Counted from the stretch's first letter, positions 12,278 through 21,167 are shown. The stretch is DNA of 64,000 nucleotides from an uncultured delta proteobacterium (GCA_963817385.1 CAWFOM010000031.1:96001-160000), one strand, 5' to 3'. The notes: generated from the letters alone by a model not told the origin. Numbers and translations are program-made.

Positions 12278-12390
12278 CGCCTGGGAAAAGAAGTAAGTCC
12301 TCAGCAAATATCAAGAGATACGATCCTCGGCGACTTGGGCGACGGCGGGTCTGATTGAGGCCGTGTTTTTATCAAAAGGAGGTTCTTTAT

Positions 12391-13221
12391 ATGGCGAACG
12401 GACAAAAGGCAATCCAGAAGATCACGGTGAACGACGTCGAGCTCGCCTACCGTTTCGACGGCCCCGAGAGAGGTCGGGTGGTAATGATGAGCAACAGCCT
12501 CATGTCTGACCATACGATGTGGGACGTCACCGTCCCCGCGCTTTCCGACCGCTACCGGGTGCTGCGCTACGACACCCGCGGGCACGGTAAATCGGGCACC
12601 ACGCCCGGTCCGTACTCGATCGCAATGCTCGCCGACGACGCGGTCAGCCTGATGGACGCGCTCGGCATCCGGCACGTGCATTTCGTTGGTCTGTCGATGG
12701 GCGGTATGATCGCTCAGCAGATCGGCGCGCGTTATGCGGACCGTGTCTACTCGCTTTCGTTGTGCGACACGGCGAGCGAGATGCCGCCGCGCTCGGTGTG
12801 GGCGGAGCGCCTCGCGATCGCCGGCAGCCAGGGCGTCGCCGGCTTGGTCGATTCGACGATCCAGCGCTGGTTCACGGCGCCCTTCATCGCGCGCGACCCG
12901 CAGTCGATTGAAAAGGTGCGCCGGATGATATTGAATACCGGCACGGAGGGGTACATCGCCTGCGCGAGCGCGGTGCGCGACATGGCGCAGACCACGATGC
13001 TCCTTCAGGTGAAGGCGCCGACGCTCGTCGTTGTCGGGCGTCAGGATCCCGCCTGCAGCGTAGAGAAGGCAGAGGTGATCCACCGCATGATCGACGGCTC
13101 GCAACTGGTGATCGTGGAGGAAGCGGCCCATCTTTCCAATATCGAACAGCCGCAGGTCTTCAACGCCGCGTTGCGCGGGTTCATCGACCGTATCGACAAT
13201 GCCCTTCCGAAACCCGTCTGA
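12391..13221 (+). CDS. alpha/beta hydrolase, 3-oxoadipate enol-lactonase (PcaD)-like
   Basis: SNSL, YDTRGHG, GLSMGG nucleophile, AAHLSNIE; AGGAGG RBS. Confidence 0.85.
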   Translation: MANGQKAIQKITVNDVELAYRFDGPERGRVVMMSNSLMSDHTMWDVTVPALSDRYRVLRYDTRGHGKSGTTPGPYSIAMLADDAVSLMDALGIRHVHFVGLSMGGMIAQQIGARYADRVYSLSLCDTASEMPPRSVWAERLAIAGSQGVAGLVDSTIQRWFTAPFIARDPQSIEKVRRMILNTGTEGYIACASAVRDMAQTTMLLQVKAPTLVVVGRQDPACSVEKAEVIHRMIDGSQLVIVEEAAHLSNIEQPQVFNAALRGFIDRIDNALPKPV

Positions 13222-13299
13222 AGGGCAGGGAACAATCCGCTCAATCTCATCGATGTTGCGATCCTCGGGATGGCGCCCTGCGTCGTGGTCACAACACTA

Positions 13300-14181
13300 T
13301 CACGTCGTCCGCCCGGGGACTGGGATTGTCGCCTCGCAGGGGACGCCGGTCTGGCAAAGACCGCAGCCGGACGTGTCAAAACCGAACCGGGCCTTGATGG
13401 ATTTTGACGATACATCGTGGATGTACTGAGCGCATTTTTCCTTGTCATGTCCCTCCCGGGAGATGGCGTCCGCCGGACAGCGCTTAATGCATTTGCCGCA
13501 GCTGCCGTCGAAATAAAAGAGGCAGTACGCATGGTGATCGTCGTATGGCCGCTCCGAAGGAGGAACGGCGATCCGGGCGACGACGGAGCCGCAGCGCATC
13601 GCCTTTCCCCGGGGCGTGATCAGCCCGTCGCACAATCCGAAGGTGCCGAGGCCGGAGGCGTACGCCGCGTGCCGCTCCGACCAGGAAGAGGCATGACCGT
13701 AGCGCTCCGATTTTTCCCAGCGCCAGCCGGGGGCATTCATGGGCGCAACCGCTTCGCGGCCGGCCTCCCGGAGGAGATCAACGACGTGGTTGCGCAATTT
13801 TACGTTGAAATCCTCCCCGAATTTGCGGGATCGCGCCCACCTCTCCGCGGAGACGGCCTTCTCCCGGCGGTTGTCGAGCCGGGTCAGCTCCGTCTGCGGG
13901 AGGACCCAGCTGATCACGGTCAACGCATCCGCTGCGACGTTCAGCCCGGGAAACGTCACGGCGAAGATCTCCGGCGGCGTCCAGAAAAACGGACCGATAT
14001 CCTCCTTGAACCGCCGATACAGCGGGTCGTCGCCGCGGGAGAAGCCGACGAGCGGTTCCTCCCACGCCGGTTCACGGCTGTCGTCCATTTCCAGGTCGTT
14101 CTCCCCGGAAGCCACGTATTTGCGGATACAATCCCGTATCCATGCCGCATCATCGGGCTTCGCTTTTGGCATATTCCCCAT
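13300..14181 (-). CDS. QueG/reductive-dehalogenase-like 4Fe-4S protein
   Basis: SERHAAYASGLGTFG, CGKCIKRCP, CGLCQTGVPC; start ATG 14181 after GGAGG. Confidence 0.8.
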   Translation of the reverse strand: MGNMPKAKPDDAAWIRDCIRKYVASGENDLEMDDSREPAWEEPLVGFSRGDDPLYRRFKEDIGPFFWTPPEIFAVTFPGLNVAADALTVISWVLPQTELTRLDNRREKAVSAERWARSRKFGEDFNVKLRNHVVDLLREAGREAVAPMNAPGWRWEKSERYGHASSWSERHAAYASGLGTFGLCDGLITPRGKAMRCGSVVARIAVPPSERPYDDHHAYCLFYFDGSCGKCIKRCPADAISREGHDKEKCAQYIHDVSSKSIKARFGFDTSGCGLCQTGVPCEATIPVPGRTT

Positions 14182-14193
14182 GATAACCTCCCT

Positions 14194-14309
14194 GAATCCG
14201 CCCGCGAGTGCATTCCCCGCGGCTTGCCGCGGGGTAAGCGAGCATAAAAAGAATGGTTTGTTCCTCTTAAGGATCGAAGATTCTCCGCAGCTTGCCGCGG
14301 AGCGCTTCA
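14194..14309. repeat. 116-bp dispersed double-hairpin repeat, copy 1
   Basis: Ungapped match to 42131-42246 (14 mismatches by manual count); hairpins CCCCGCGG-CTTG-CCGCGGGG and CTCCGCAG-CTTG-CCGCGGAG. Confidence 0.85.
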
Positions 14310-14519
14310 CTAGTGTGTCGCTTATCATAGCCCGGATGCATTATGTTTGCCACTGCAAAAGAATCGGAAAAATTTCTTGCATAAAAGAAATTGATCCTGT
14401 TAGAAAGAATCATCTTGTTTGTGTTTGAATCCCCGGTCAACCAGTTCTTCGATTCGTCATCCAGATCACCGTCACCCTGTTGCACCGTGACGTCAGCGGC
14501 CGCGAGATTGAATGATCAC

Positions 14520-16046
14520 ATGAAAATACAAATAATTCGAAATCTGATTTCACGGCTCGGCATGACAGCGGGCACCTTGATCGTAACCGTTTTTTCCGTA
14601 ATTATTTCCCTTCTCACCTACCTCCTCGTCACCCGGCTCTTTGGCGGCTTCAATTGGGTCGGCATCGCCGTATCACTGGTTGCGCCTGCCATCATTGCAC
14701 CGATATGCACCATCGTTCTTCTGCGGATGGCGGTGGCCCTCTACGAGGCTGAGGAAAAGCTGCTCAAGGCGCATGATGACCTGGAAAAGAAGGTCGCCGA
14801 GCAGACGCAGGAGCTCCGGGAGAGCAACCAACAGCTCAAAGAGGTGATCAAAAAGCAAAAAAAGGCGGAGGAAGAGCGGAACGAAATGGAGGCCTTGCTC
14901 CACAGAGCGGAGAAGATGGAGGCCTTGGGCGTCCTTGCCGGAGGGGTTGCCCATGATCTCAACAATGTCCTGGGGGTGCTCGTGGGTTACTCGGAACTTC
15001 TGCTCTTGGAATTTCCGGAAGACAACCCGTGGAGAGAACACGTTTCGTACATCCATCAAGCCGGCCAGCGAGGGGCCGCGATCATCCAGGATCTGTTGAC
15101 GCTCGGCAGAAGGGGGGTCACGATTTCCGAGGTGGTCAATCTGAACGATATCATTTCTCACTATATGCAAACACCGGAGTTTAAGAAACTCAACGCCAAT
15201 CACCCGACAGTGCAGTTCAGGGCTGAACTTGAGCCGAAGTTGCTCAATATGAAAGGATCATCCGTCCACTTGAGCAAAACAGTCATGAATCTCATCATCA
15301 ACGCACTTGAGGCGATTTCCGATCGGGGAGAGGTGTTGATTCGTACGGCCAACCGCTATCTTGACAAACCCATCCGCAGTTATGATGACATCGAGGAAGG
15401 GGATTATATCGTTCTTCAGGTTTCCGACGACGGCAAGGGCATCTCCCCGGTGGATCTCGAGAAGATCTTCGAACCTTTCTATACGAAGAAAGTGATGGGA
15501 CGCAGCGGAACGGGCCTCGGTCTTACCGTCGTCTGGGGCGCCGTCAAGGATCATAACGGATATATCGACGTACGGAGTGTCGAAGGAGAAGGGAGCACGT
15601 TTACCCTTTACTTCCCCGTCACCCGGGAAGGGCTGGAAACCCGCCAGCGACCTTTATCGCCGACAATGTATTCGGGCAGGGGGGAATTCCTTCTCGTGGT
15701 GGACGATGTGGATGCGCAAAGAAAGCTTGCCACGGTAATGCTCGGAAAACTCGGATATGCGGTTGCATCCGTTTCCAGCGGCGAAGAGGCCGTTGCCTTC
15801 GTCAAGGCAAAAAAGGTCGACCTTGTCGTTCTGGACATGATCATGGATCCGGGCATGGACGGCCTGGATACCTATCGGCGGATCATTGAAATCAATCCGG
15901 GGCAGAAGGCCGTCATCGTGAGCGGATTCTCCGAGACCGAGCGGGTCAACAAGGCGCAGGCGCTGGGCGCCGGAACGTATGTCCGGAAACCCTATGTCAT
16001 GGAAAAACTCGGCCAGGCGATACGGAGCGAACTCGACAAGCGCTGA
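14520..16046 (+). CDS. Hybrid sensor histidine kinase/response regulator
   Basis: Two N-terminal TMs, AGGVAHDLNN H-box, FEPFYTKK, GTGLGL, C-terminal receiver. Confidence 0.92.
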   Translation: MKIQIIRNLISRLGMTAGTLIVTVFSVIISLLTYLLVTRLFGGFNWVGIAVSLVAPAIIAPICTIVLLRMAVALYEAEEKLLKAHDDLEKKVAEQTQELRESNQQLKEVIKKQKKAEEERNEMEALLHRAEKMEALGVLAGGVAHDLNNVLGVLVGYSELLLLEFPEDNPWREHVSYIHQAGQRGAAIIQDLLTLGRRGVTISEVVNLNDIISHYMQTPEFKKLNANHPTVQFRAELEPKLLNMKGSSVHLSKTVMNLIINALEAISDRGEVLIRTANRYLDKPIRSYDDIEEGDYIVLQVSDDGKGISPVDLEKIFEPFYTKKVMGRSGTGLGLTVVWGAVKDHNGYIDVRSVEGEGSTFTLYFPVTREGLETRQRPLSPTMYSGRGEFLLVVDDVDAQRKLATVMLGKLGYAVASVSSGEEAVAFVKAKKVDLVVLDMIMDPGMDGLDTYRRIIEINPGQKAVIVSGFSETERVNKAQALGAGTYVRKPYVMEKLGQAIRSELDKR

Positions 16047-16054
16047 GCAGACAC

Positions 16055-16384
16055 CTACCCGCAACAGGTCGTCTTCTTCGCGGTGGGGGAAGAACATCCG
16101 CTGTCGCTCGGGCCGCAACACGGCTGATCCGTCCGGCCCAGCATGGCGCCGATCACGGCCGCCGCGCAGCCGACGCCGGTCTTGACGGAAATGGCGTCGA
16201 ACGGACAATTCCGGCTGCAGGCGCCGCACTCCATGCACGCGTCTCGATCCCGGATCTCGACATGCCGGCTGTTCATTTGAAACACCGCGTGCGGACACAC
16301 CTCAAGGCACGTTCCGCAACCGGTGCATTTAGCTTCATCGAGTTTCAGGGTAACAACATCTCTAAGGTACGTCAGATCATTCAT
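16055..16384 (-). CDS. hgcB: Mercury methylation ferredoxin HgcB
   Basis: CTGCGTCLEVCP and CMECGACSRNCP, GVGCA, Cys-rich tail ending TTCCG; directly downstream of hgcA (alternative start 16390). Confidence 0.95.
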   Translation of the reverse strand: MNDLTYLRDVVTLKLDEAKCTGCGTCLEVCPHAVFQMNSRHVEIRDRDACMECGACSRNCPFDAISVKTGVGCAAAVIGAMLGRTDQPCCGPSDSGCSSPTAKKTTCCG

Positions 16385-16394
16385 CTTCATACTC

Positions 16395-17538
16395 CTAAGC
16401 AATCGCGCGCGACACAATCCATAGAACGAGGCCGCCCGCTCCCATCCCGATCTCCAGCGGAAGCGCCCAGCGCATCTCCCGGTTCACGCCGGAAAGGGAC
16501 GTAAACGTGGAGGCCCCGGTAAAATTCATGGCGAGATAGGCCGTAACGGCCGGGATGATCATGAGCCACGCCAAAGACGCCGAGCCGCCCCGACCATATC
16601 GACGGTTCGTACTCCTGCAGGGAAACCATAATGATCGCTATGACCGCTCCGAGCTCTAGACCCTTCGCCGAGAACGCCCGTCCGGGGAGATAGGGTAAAA
16701 GAAGGGGATGGATCACCGTCCCCCCCACGATCGCACTCAGAAACGCCAAGACGGCAAAGGAACCGTCATGAAGGGCGTTCTCCCAGAAGCCGGCAGGACC
16801 GCCGATGCCGCCAAGGAGGAAGAGAAGAGGTGCGATGATCAATGTCGGTTTTATGGTTTCAACCAGCTCGATCGGGATCAGGACGGCCCTCTCCTTGAGT
16901 GGGAACGTCTTGAGGCGCATTGTGCTTGTGGCCTTGAAACCGGCATCGATATAGGCCGGAAGGTCCTCGGCCTTGATGGGGCCGTAACGGACGCCGAATC
17001 CGGAGAGCTTCTTCACCGTGTGGGCGGACACGCCCGGCGCCCCCAGCTGGGGCAGGATCAGCAACCGGTGGCTGACGATCTCCTTGAGGCGGCTTGATTC
17101 AATTCTGCCGACCAATTCCTCCGTCCCGAAGGTCCCCTTTCCGGCGGCGCACCAGACGTTGATTCCTTTCGTATCAAGGACCAGAATCCAGAGATTCCTT
17201 CCGGAGAGGGCGCTCCGCAGCTCGTCAAAGCTCATCTTATAATTGGCGCTCACCAGGACCGGCGACTCCCGATCCGGAACGCCCAGGGCGTAGAGGCCCG
17301 GATCGATGGCATAATCCAACCGGCCTACCCCCCAGCGGGCTTTGATAGCCCCCCAGTGATCCCGCCATTCGAGCTCTGACGATACCTGGGGCAGGCGGCC
17401 GACCGGCGTCTCGATGGACCCGGTGACAAATCGTTGTCCCGGATCGGGCGATTTCGTTTGCGTTTTTTCAGCCCCGGGACAGCAGCCGGCAGCGCCGGGA
17501 TGGATCGGAAAAACGGTTGACCCTCCTTGTTGATTCAT
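16395..17538 (-). CDS. hgcA: Mercury methylation corrinoid protein HgcA, +1 frameshift near 16580
   Basis: Cap-helix GINVWCAAGKGTF, SANYKMSFD, ILPQLGAPGV; conserved C-terminus LAMNFTGASTFTSLSGVNREM lies in another frame ending at TAG 16395. Confidence 0.95.
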
Positions 17539-17557
17539 AACCATATCCTCCTTGCGG

Positions 17558-18022
17558 CTATTTACCGCATCTGCATGCAAAGGCAGCCTTTCTCATGGCC
17601 CCGGAAAAAACCTTCACCGCATCCAGAACTTCTTTCCGTTGCCCTTCCGGGATGCTCCGGGTGATGCCTCCGAAAAATTCCGCCAGGCACAACCAGACCT
17701 TCCGGTGGGTTTCTGCCCCCTCTTCAGTCAAACTGAGCGTTGCCGCCCGGGAATCGTGCTTGGCCCGATCCCGCTTTAAGAGGCCTCTTCGGATCAGCGG
17801 ATTGACCAGACGGGTCGTCGTGCTTTTTTCGACGGACAGAATTTGGTGAAGGTCTGCCAGACCCAGTTCCCCCTTTTTCGCGACGGCATCCAGGATGATG
17901 AACTGGTGAAACGTGACGTTCTGGCAGATCGCCTCGTCCCGGCTGCAACACCGGATCTCCCGTGCAAGGACCATGATGATTTCGAACAGCTCTCGGCAAC
18001 TCTTCTCAAGGTTCGTTAACAT
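17558..18022 (-). CDS. MarR-family regulator, Cys-rich
   Basis: VTFHQFIILD...SVEKSTTTRLVNPL...DSRAATLSLTEEG wHTH; RCCS, AICQ, ACRCGK; stop about 20 nt before hgcA. Confidence 0.88.
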   Translation of the reverse strand: MLTNLEKSCRELFEIIMVLAREIRCCSRDEAICQNVTFHQFIILDAVAKKGELGLADLHQILSVEKSTTTRLVNPLIRRGLLKRDRAKHDSRAATLSLTEEGAETHRKVWLCLAEFFGGITRSIPEGQRKEVLDAVKVFSGAMRKAAFACRCGK

Positions 18023-18057
18023 GGTTGTGCAATACAACCATATTGGCCCATTGTCAA
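18021..18057 (-). promoter_or_regulatory. marR-hgcAB promoter with a perfect palindromic operator
   Basis: Minus strand TTGACA-N17-TATTGC-ACAACC-ATG; inverted repeat ATGGTTGT-N5-ACAACCAT at 18021-18041. Confidence 0.7.
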
Positions 18058-18095
18058 GAAAAAAAGCAGGGAAAAATATTTTTTTGAAAAACCCC

Positions 18096-18131
18096 TTGAC
18101 AGACTTTTCTTTATATCGTAAAAATACGATA
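18096..18131 (+). promoter_or_regulatory. arsR promoter with operator palindrome
   Basis: TTGACA at 18096; TATCGTA-AAAA-TACGATA at 18114-18131 over the -10, adjacent to the AAGGAG RBS. Confidence 0.72.
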
Positions 18132-18146
18132 AAGGAGCTGCGATCC

Positions 18147-18455
18147 ATGGCCGACAGGAAATTTGCATCCAAGCCGGACCAGAAGCGTCTGGCAATGATG
18201 CTCAAGGCGCTGGGCAACCCGATCCGCTTTCAGATCGTCGAATTCCTGGCGCAAGGGAAAACCTGCATAACGGCCGACATCGTGGAGGCCACCCCCCTGG
18301 CGCAGTCGACGGTAAGCCAGCATCTCAAGGTGCTCCGCGAGTCGGGTCTGATCCGCGGCGAGATCGAAGGTCCGGCCACCTGTTATTGCCTGGATCGGGA
18401 GAATTTCCGCTGGTTGAAGGAGCGGGTCGACCGCTGGTTATCCGGTTGCTGTTGA
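18147..18455 (+). CDS. arsR: ArsR/SmtB-family metalloregulator
   Basis: LKALGNPIRFQI, CITADIV, LAQSTVSQHLKVL, TCYCL, C-terminal GCC. Confidence 0.88.
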   Translation: MADRKFASKPDQKRLAMMLKALGNPIRFQIVEFLAQGKTCITADIVEATPLAQSTVSQHLKVLRESGLIRGEIEGPATCYCLDRENFRWLKERVDRWLSGCC

Positions 18456-18506
18456 AATAACGCGACGAGCTTTTACCCTCAATGGGCTTTTTTTTGGTTC
18501 GAGTCA

Positions 18507-18530
18507 ATCGTAATTATACGATAAAGGAGC
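18507..18530 (+). promoter_or_regulatory. Second copy of the ArsR-type operator plus RBS
   Basis: ATCGTA-ATTA-TACGAT-AAAGGAGC, same as 18115-18138 except the 4-nt spacer. Confidence 0.7.
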
Positions 18531-18560
18531 TTGGACATGAACGATCCGAAGGGAGGAAAA

Positions 18561-19508
18561 ATGAAAATACTTTTTGGTGCGCATGAAAATGCCTGGGCTG
18601 GATTCCTGGGGTTACTGAAAACCGAACTTCCTCAACATGAATATGAGGCCAGCGGGCGATTTGGATTTGAGAGCTTACGAGGATTTGATGTTTTGATTCC
18701 AACCATGAGCACAGTGACCAGGGATCTTCTTGTGGGCGGCGATCATCTGAAGCTCATTCAGCAGTGCGGCGCCGGCCTGGATGGCGTAGACCTGCAAGCC
18801 GCCTCGGAAATGAATATACGGGTCGCCAATGTTCCCACCGATATATCCGGCAATGCCGATTCCGTAGCCGAGTTAGGCATATATATGATGATCGGGCTGT
18901 CAAGAAATTCCCGAAAAATGGCATTAAGTCTTACCGGCAGACAGATGGGGGTCCCGTCGGGCAGGGCACTCAGTGGAAAAACCGTAGGCATTATTGGTCT
19001 TGGCGGTATAGGCCGTGCCCTGGCAAGGCGTCTTAAAGCTTTTAATGTTCATCTAATAGGCATCAAACGCACCGATCCTCAAAAGGTTAAAGCGGAACTT
19101 GATTTGGAGTGGGTCGGAACCCCAGAAGATATGAACGAACTTCTTGGCAGGTCCGACTATGTAGTCCTCTGTCTTCCTCTTACTTCCGAAAACAGGAATA
19201 TGATGGGACGGCATGCTTTTGACATGATGAAGCCGGATTCGTTTCTGATCAATCTTTCCCGAGGCGGGCTGGTTGACCGGGGCGCCTTGGAGGATGCCCT
19301 TGCCTCGGAGAAGATCGGAGGCGCGGGTCTGGATGTATTCTGGGAGGAACCGCCTGATCCGGTTGATCCTGTATTTAACTACAATGTACTGGCGACCCCC
19401 CACATTGGCGGATCCACGGATGTCTCCATGCGAGGCATCGTTAATGCGGTGGCTGAAAATATCAGGCGATTGGAAACGGGGCAGGATCTTCTCTACGTAA
19501 AAGCATAA
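18561..19508 (+). CDS. D-isomer-specific 2-hydroxyacid dehydrogenase
   Basis: GIIGLGGIG, INLSRGGLVD, LDVFWEEP, TPHIGG; alternative in-frame start 18537. Confidence 0.9.
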   Translation: MKILFGAHENAWAGFLGLLKTELPQHEYEASGRFGFESLRGFDVLIPTMSTVTRDLLVGGDHLKLIQQCGAGLDGVDLQAASEMNIRVANVPTDISGNADSVAELGIYMMIGLSRNSRKMALSLTGRQMGVPSGRALSGKTVGIIGLGGIGRALARRLKAFNVHLIGIKRTDPQKVKAELDLEWVGTPEDMNELLGRSDYVVLCLPLTSENRNMMGRHAFDMMKPDSFLINLSRGGLVDRGALEDALASEKIGGAGLDVFWEEPPDPVDPVFNYNVLATPHIGGSTDVSMRGIVNAVAENIRRLETGQDLLYVKA

Positions 19509-19589
19509 CATGTTACCTTATTGTTTAGGTGTCATCTCTCAACACGACAGGATGCGATACCTTCCCCTTGATGCACAATCCCGGAATCT

Positions 19590-20207
19590 TCATTTCTCCT
19601 GTTCATCCAAAGGGTTCTTCCGATCGCAGGCAAGCTCGTTTCGCTCATCGCGGTAGAACACGCAGGCCGCAGCCAATTCCTTGCGGAGCTTCGCCCGGGC
19701 GCGATGCAGCCTCACTTTGGCCGTCTGGAGGGTCAATCCGAGGATTTCGGCGATCTCGCCGTCCTTCAATCCCTCCAGTTCGCTCAGGACAATAACAGCC
19801 CGATAGTGCTCGGGCAGCGCCTGGATGATTCCCCGGATGCACCCATTCATTTCGCTGCGGATGAGCTTCTGCTCGGTGGAAGCCTTCAATTCACCCGTTC
19901 GGATGTCCACATCCGCCTTGGTTTCCGCGATGGACTCCACCGGCAGCAGCCTTTCCCCCCCGTGACGGACGGAGGGTTGACGGAGCCTGTCCAGCGCGGC
20001 ATTGGTTGCAATCCGATAGATCCACGTGGACAACTGCGACTCGCCGCGAAAGGTTTCCAAGGCCTGGCCGACTTTTACAAACACCTCCTGCGTCACATCC
20101 TCCGCCTCGCTTTGGCCTACGACGCGCGTCAGGTAGCGGAAGATTTTCGCGTGATACTCGTCATAGACTTGCTGAAATCTCAATTCAGGGTCATACCGCA
20201 TATCCAT
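19590..20207 (-). CDS. ECF sigma factor with a C-terminal Cys-containing extension
   Basis: AEDVTQEVF, TWIYRIATN, KVRLHRAR; tail ACVFYRDERNELACDRK. Confidence 0.9.
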   Translation of the reverse strand: MDMRYDPELRFQQVYDEYHAKIFRYLTRVVGQSEAEDVTQEVFVKVGQALETFRGESQLSTWIYRIATNAALDRLRQPSVRHGGERLLPVESIAETKADVDIRTGELKASTEQKLIRSEMNGCIRGIIQALPEHYRAVIVLSELEGLKDGEIAEILGLTLQTAKVRLHRARAKLRKELAAACVFYRDERNELACDRKNPLDEQEK

Positions 20208-20238
20208 TCCCCCCTGGTTACATCATATCATCGAATCT

Positions 20239-20496
20239 TCATGAGCAACAACAGGAAGATTCCCGGCTCCCAACGGATCGACCGGGCTCCCCGTCGCCCA
20301 GAAGCTTCAGGGCGAGCCTGTCGATGCCCGCAGCCGCCCCTCCCCTGATGGCCTTGGCGACATCCACGGCCTCCATGATTTCGCTCCGTTCAATCCCGAA
20401 TTCCTGCGCCTTGCCGACATGATATTCCAGACAGGGATGGCAATTCGCCCCGACGGATGCCCCCACCGCGATCAATTTCTTCGTCCGTTCGTCCAC
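20239..20496 (-). CDS. Carboxymuconolactone decarboxylase/AhpD-like CxxC protein
   Basis: LIAVGASVGANCHPCLEYH; tail SSCCCS. Confidence 0.82.
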   Translation of the reverse strand: MDERTKKLIAVGASVGANCHPCLEYHVGKAQEFGIERSEIMEAVDVAKAIRGGAAAGIDRLALKLLGDGEPGRSVGSRESSCCCS

Positions 20497-20500
20497 AGCT

Positions 20501-20725
20501 TCACCTCTTACTTTCCTTGATTTTTCCGATTTCTTCCTTCAGCTCCCGGATCTCTTTTTTCACCTCATCGAGACGTCCCTCATGGGCGCCGCCCCAGCAG
20601 CAGAAGCGGCTGCCGGCCGCTGACGATCGGAAAAGCCTGCACATCATGACACATAAGACGATGCCGATCAGCGGCACCACCCACCACCATCCGGACCACG
20701 ATGCATCTCCACACCACCAATTCAT
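20501..20725 (-). CDS. Small Cys/Trp-rich single-TM protein with coiled-coil tail
   Basis: MNWWCG...WWWVVPLIGIVLCVMMC...FCCW...EVKKEIRELKEEI; AAAGGAG RBS. Confidence 0.65.
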   Translation of the reverse strand: MNWWCGDASWSGWWWVVPLIGIVLCVMMCRLFRSSAAGSRFCCWGGAHEGRLDEVKKEIRELKEEIGKIKESKR

Positions 20726-21003
20726 ACGATCTCCTTTCCCTTTCCGTATTATGACCCTCATCATTTCCTCAGTGCTGACACTATAGACGGACGAAACCAT
20801 CAAGAAGATACACCAGGGGAAATTCGTTGATGGATGCCCGGTAAAAGATGTGAATCACCCCTCCATCAGAATGGCCCTTAAGTCGCTTGGAATAATATGT
20901 CTTGACTTTGTCGAGAATGAGCGTAGCCTATAATCAACATACTGATTGACTAAGAAAATTGAATAATTATCCTTCCCATATAGGGAAGTGAAAAAATCTC
21001 CCA

Positions 21004-21040
21004 GCCCTGTCCATTATGATGTGACGGGGCTTTTTGTTTT
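21004..21040 (+). terminator. Terminator-like hairpin upstream of the csp operon
   Basis: AGCCCTGTC...GACGGGGCT followed by TTTTGTTTT. Confidence 0.55.
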
Positions 21041-21167
21041 TAAAGGGTAAAAAGGAAAGGGATTGAATTGTAAATACTATTTCGAAAAGTATGAACTCTT
21101 AAATTATTGAAAGAGTAGGAGATGCAGAGAAGTTACTTAAACACCGCAATTTAGAGAGGTATAATCG

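Noticed and set aside
12391..13221. beta-ketoadipate pathway
   Set aside because: Only a PcaD-like hydrolase; the CMD protein is a distant CxxC type and no other pca/cat genes are present
18447..18500. Selenocysteine read-through of the arsR TGA after CC
   Set aside because: No convincing SECIS hairpin; the downstream sequence looks terminator-like. HgcA also has Cys, not Sec
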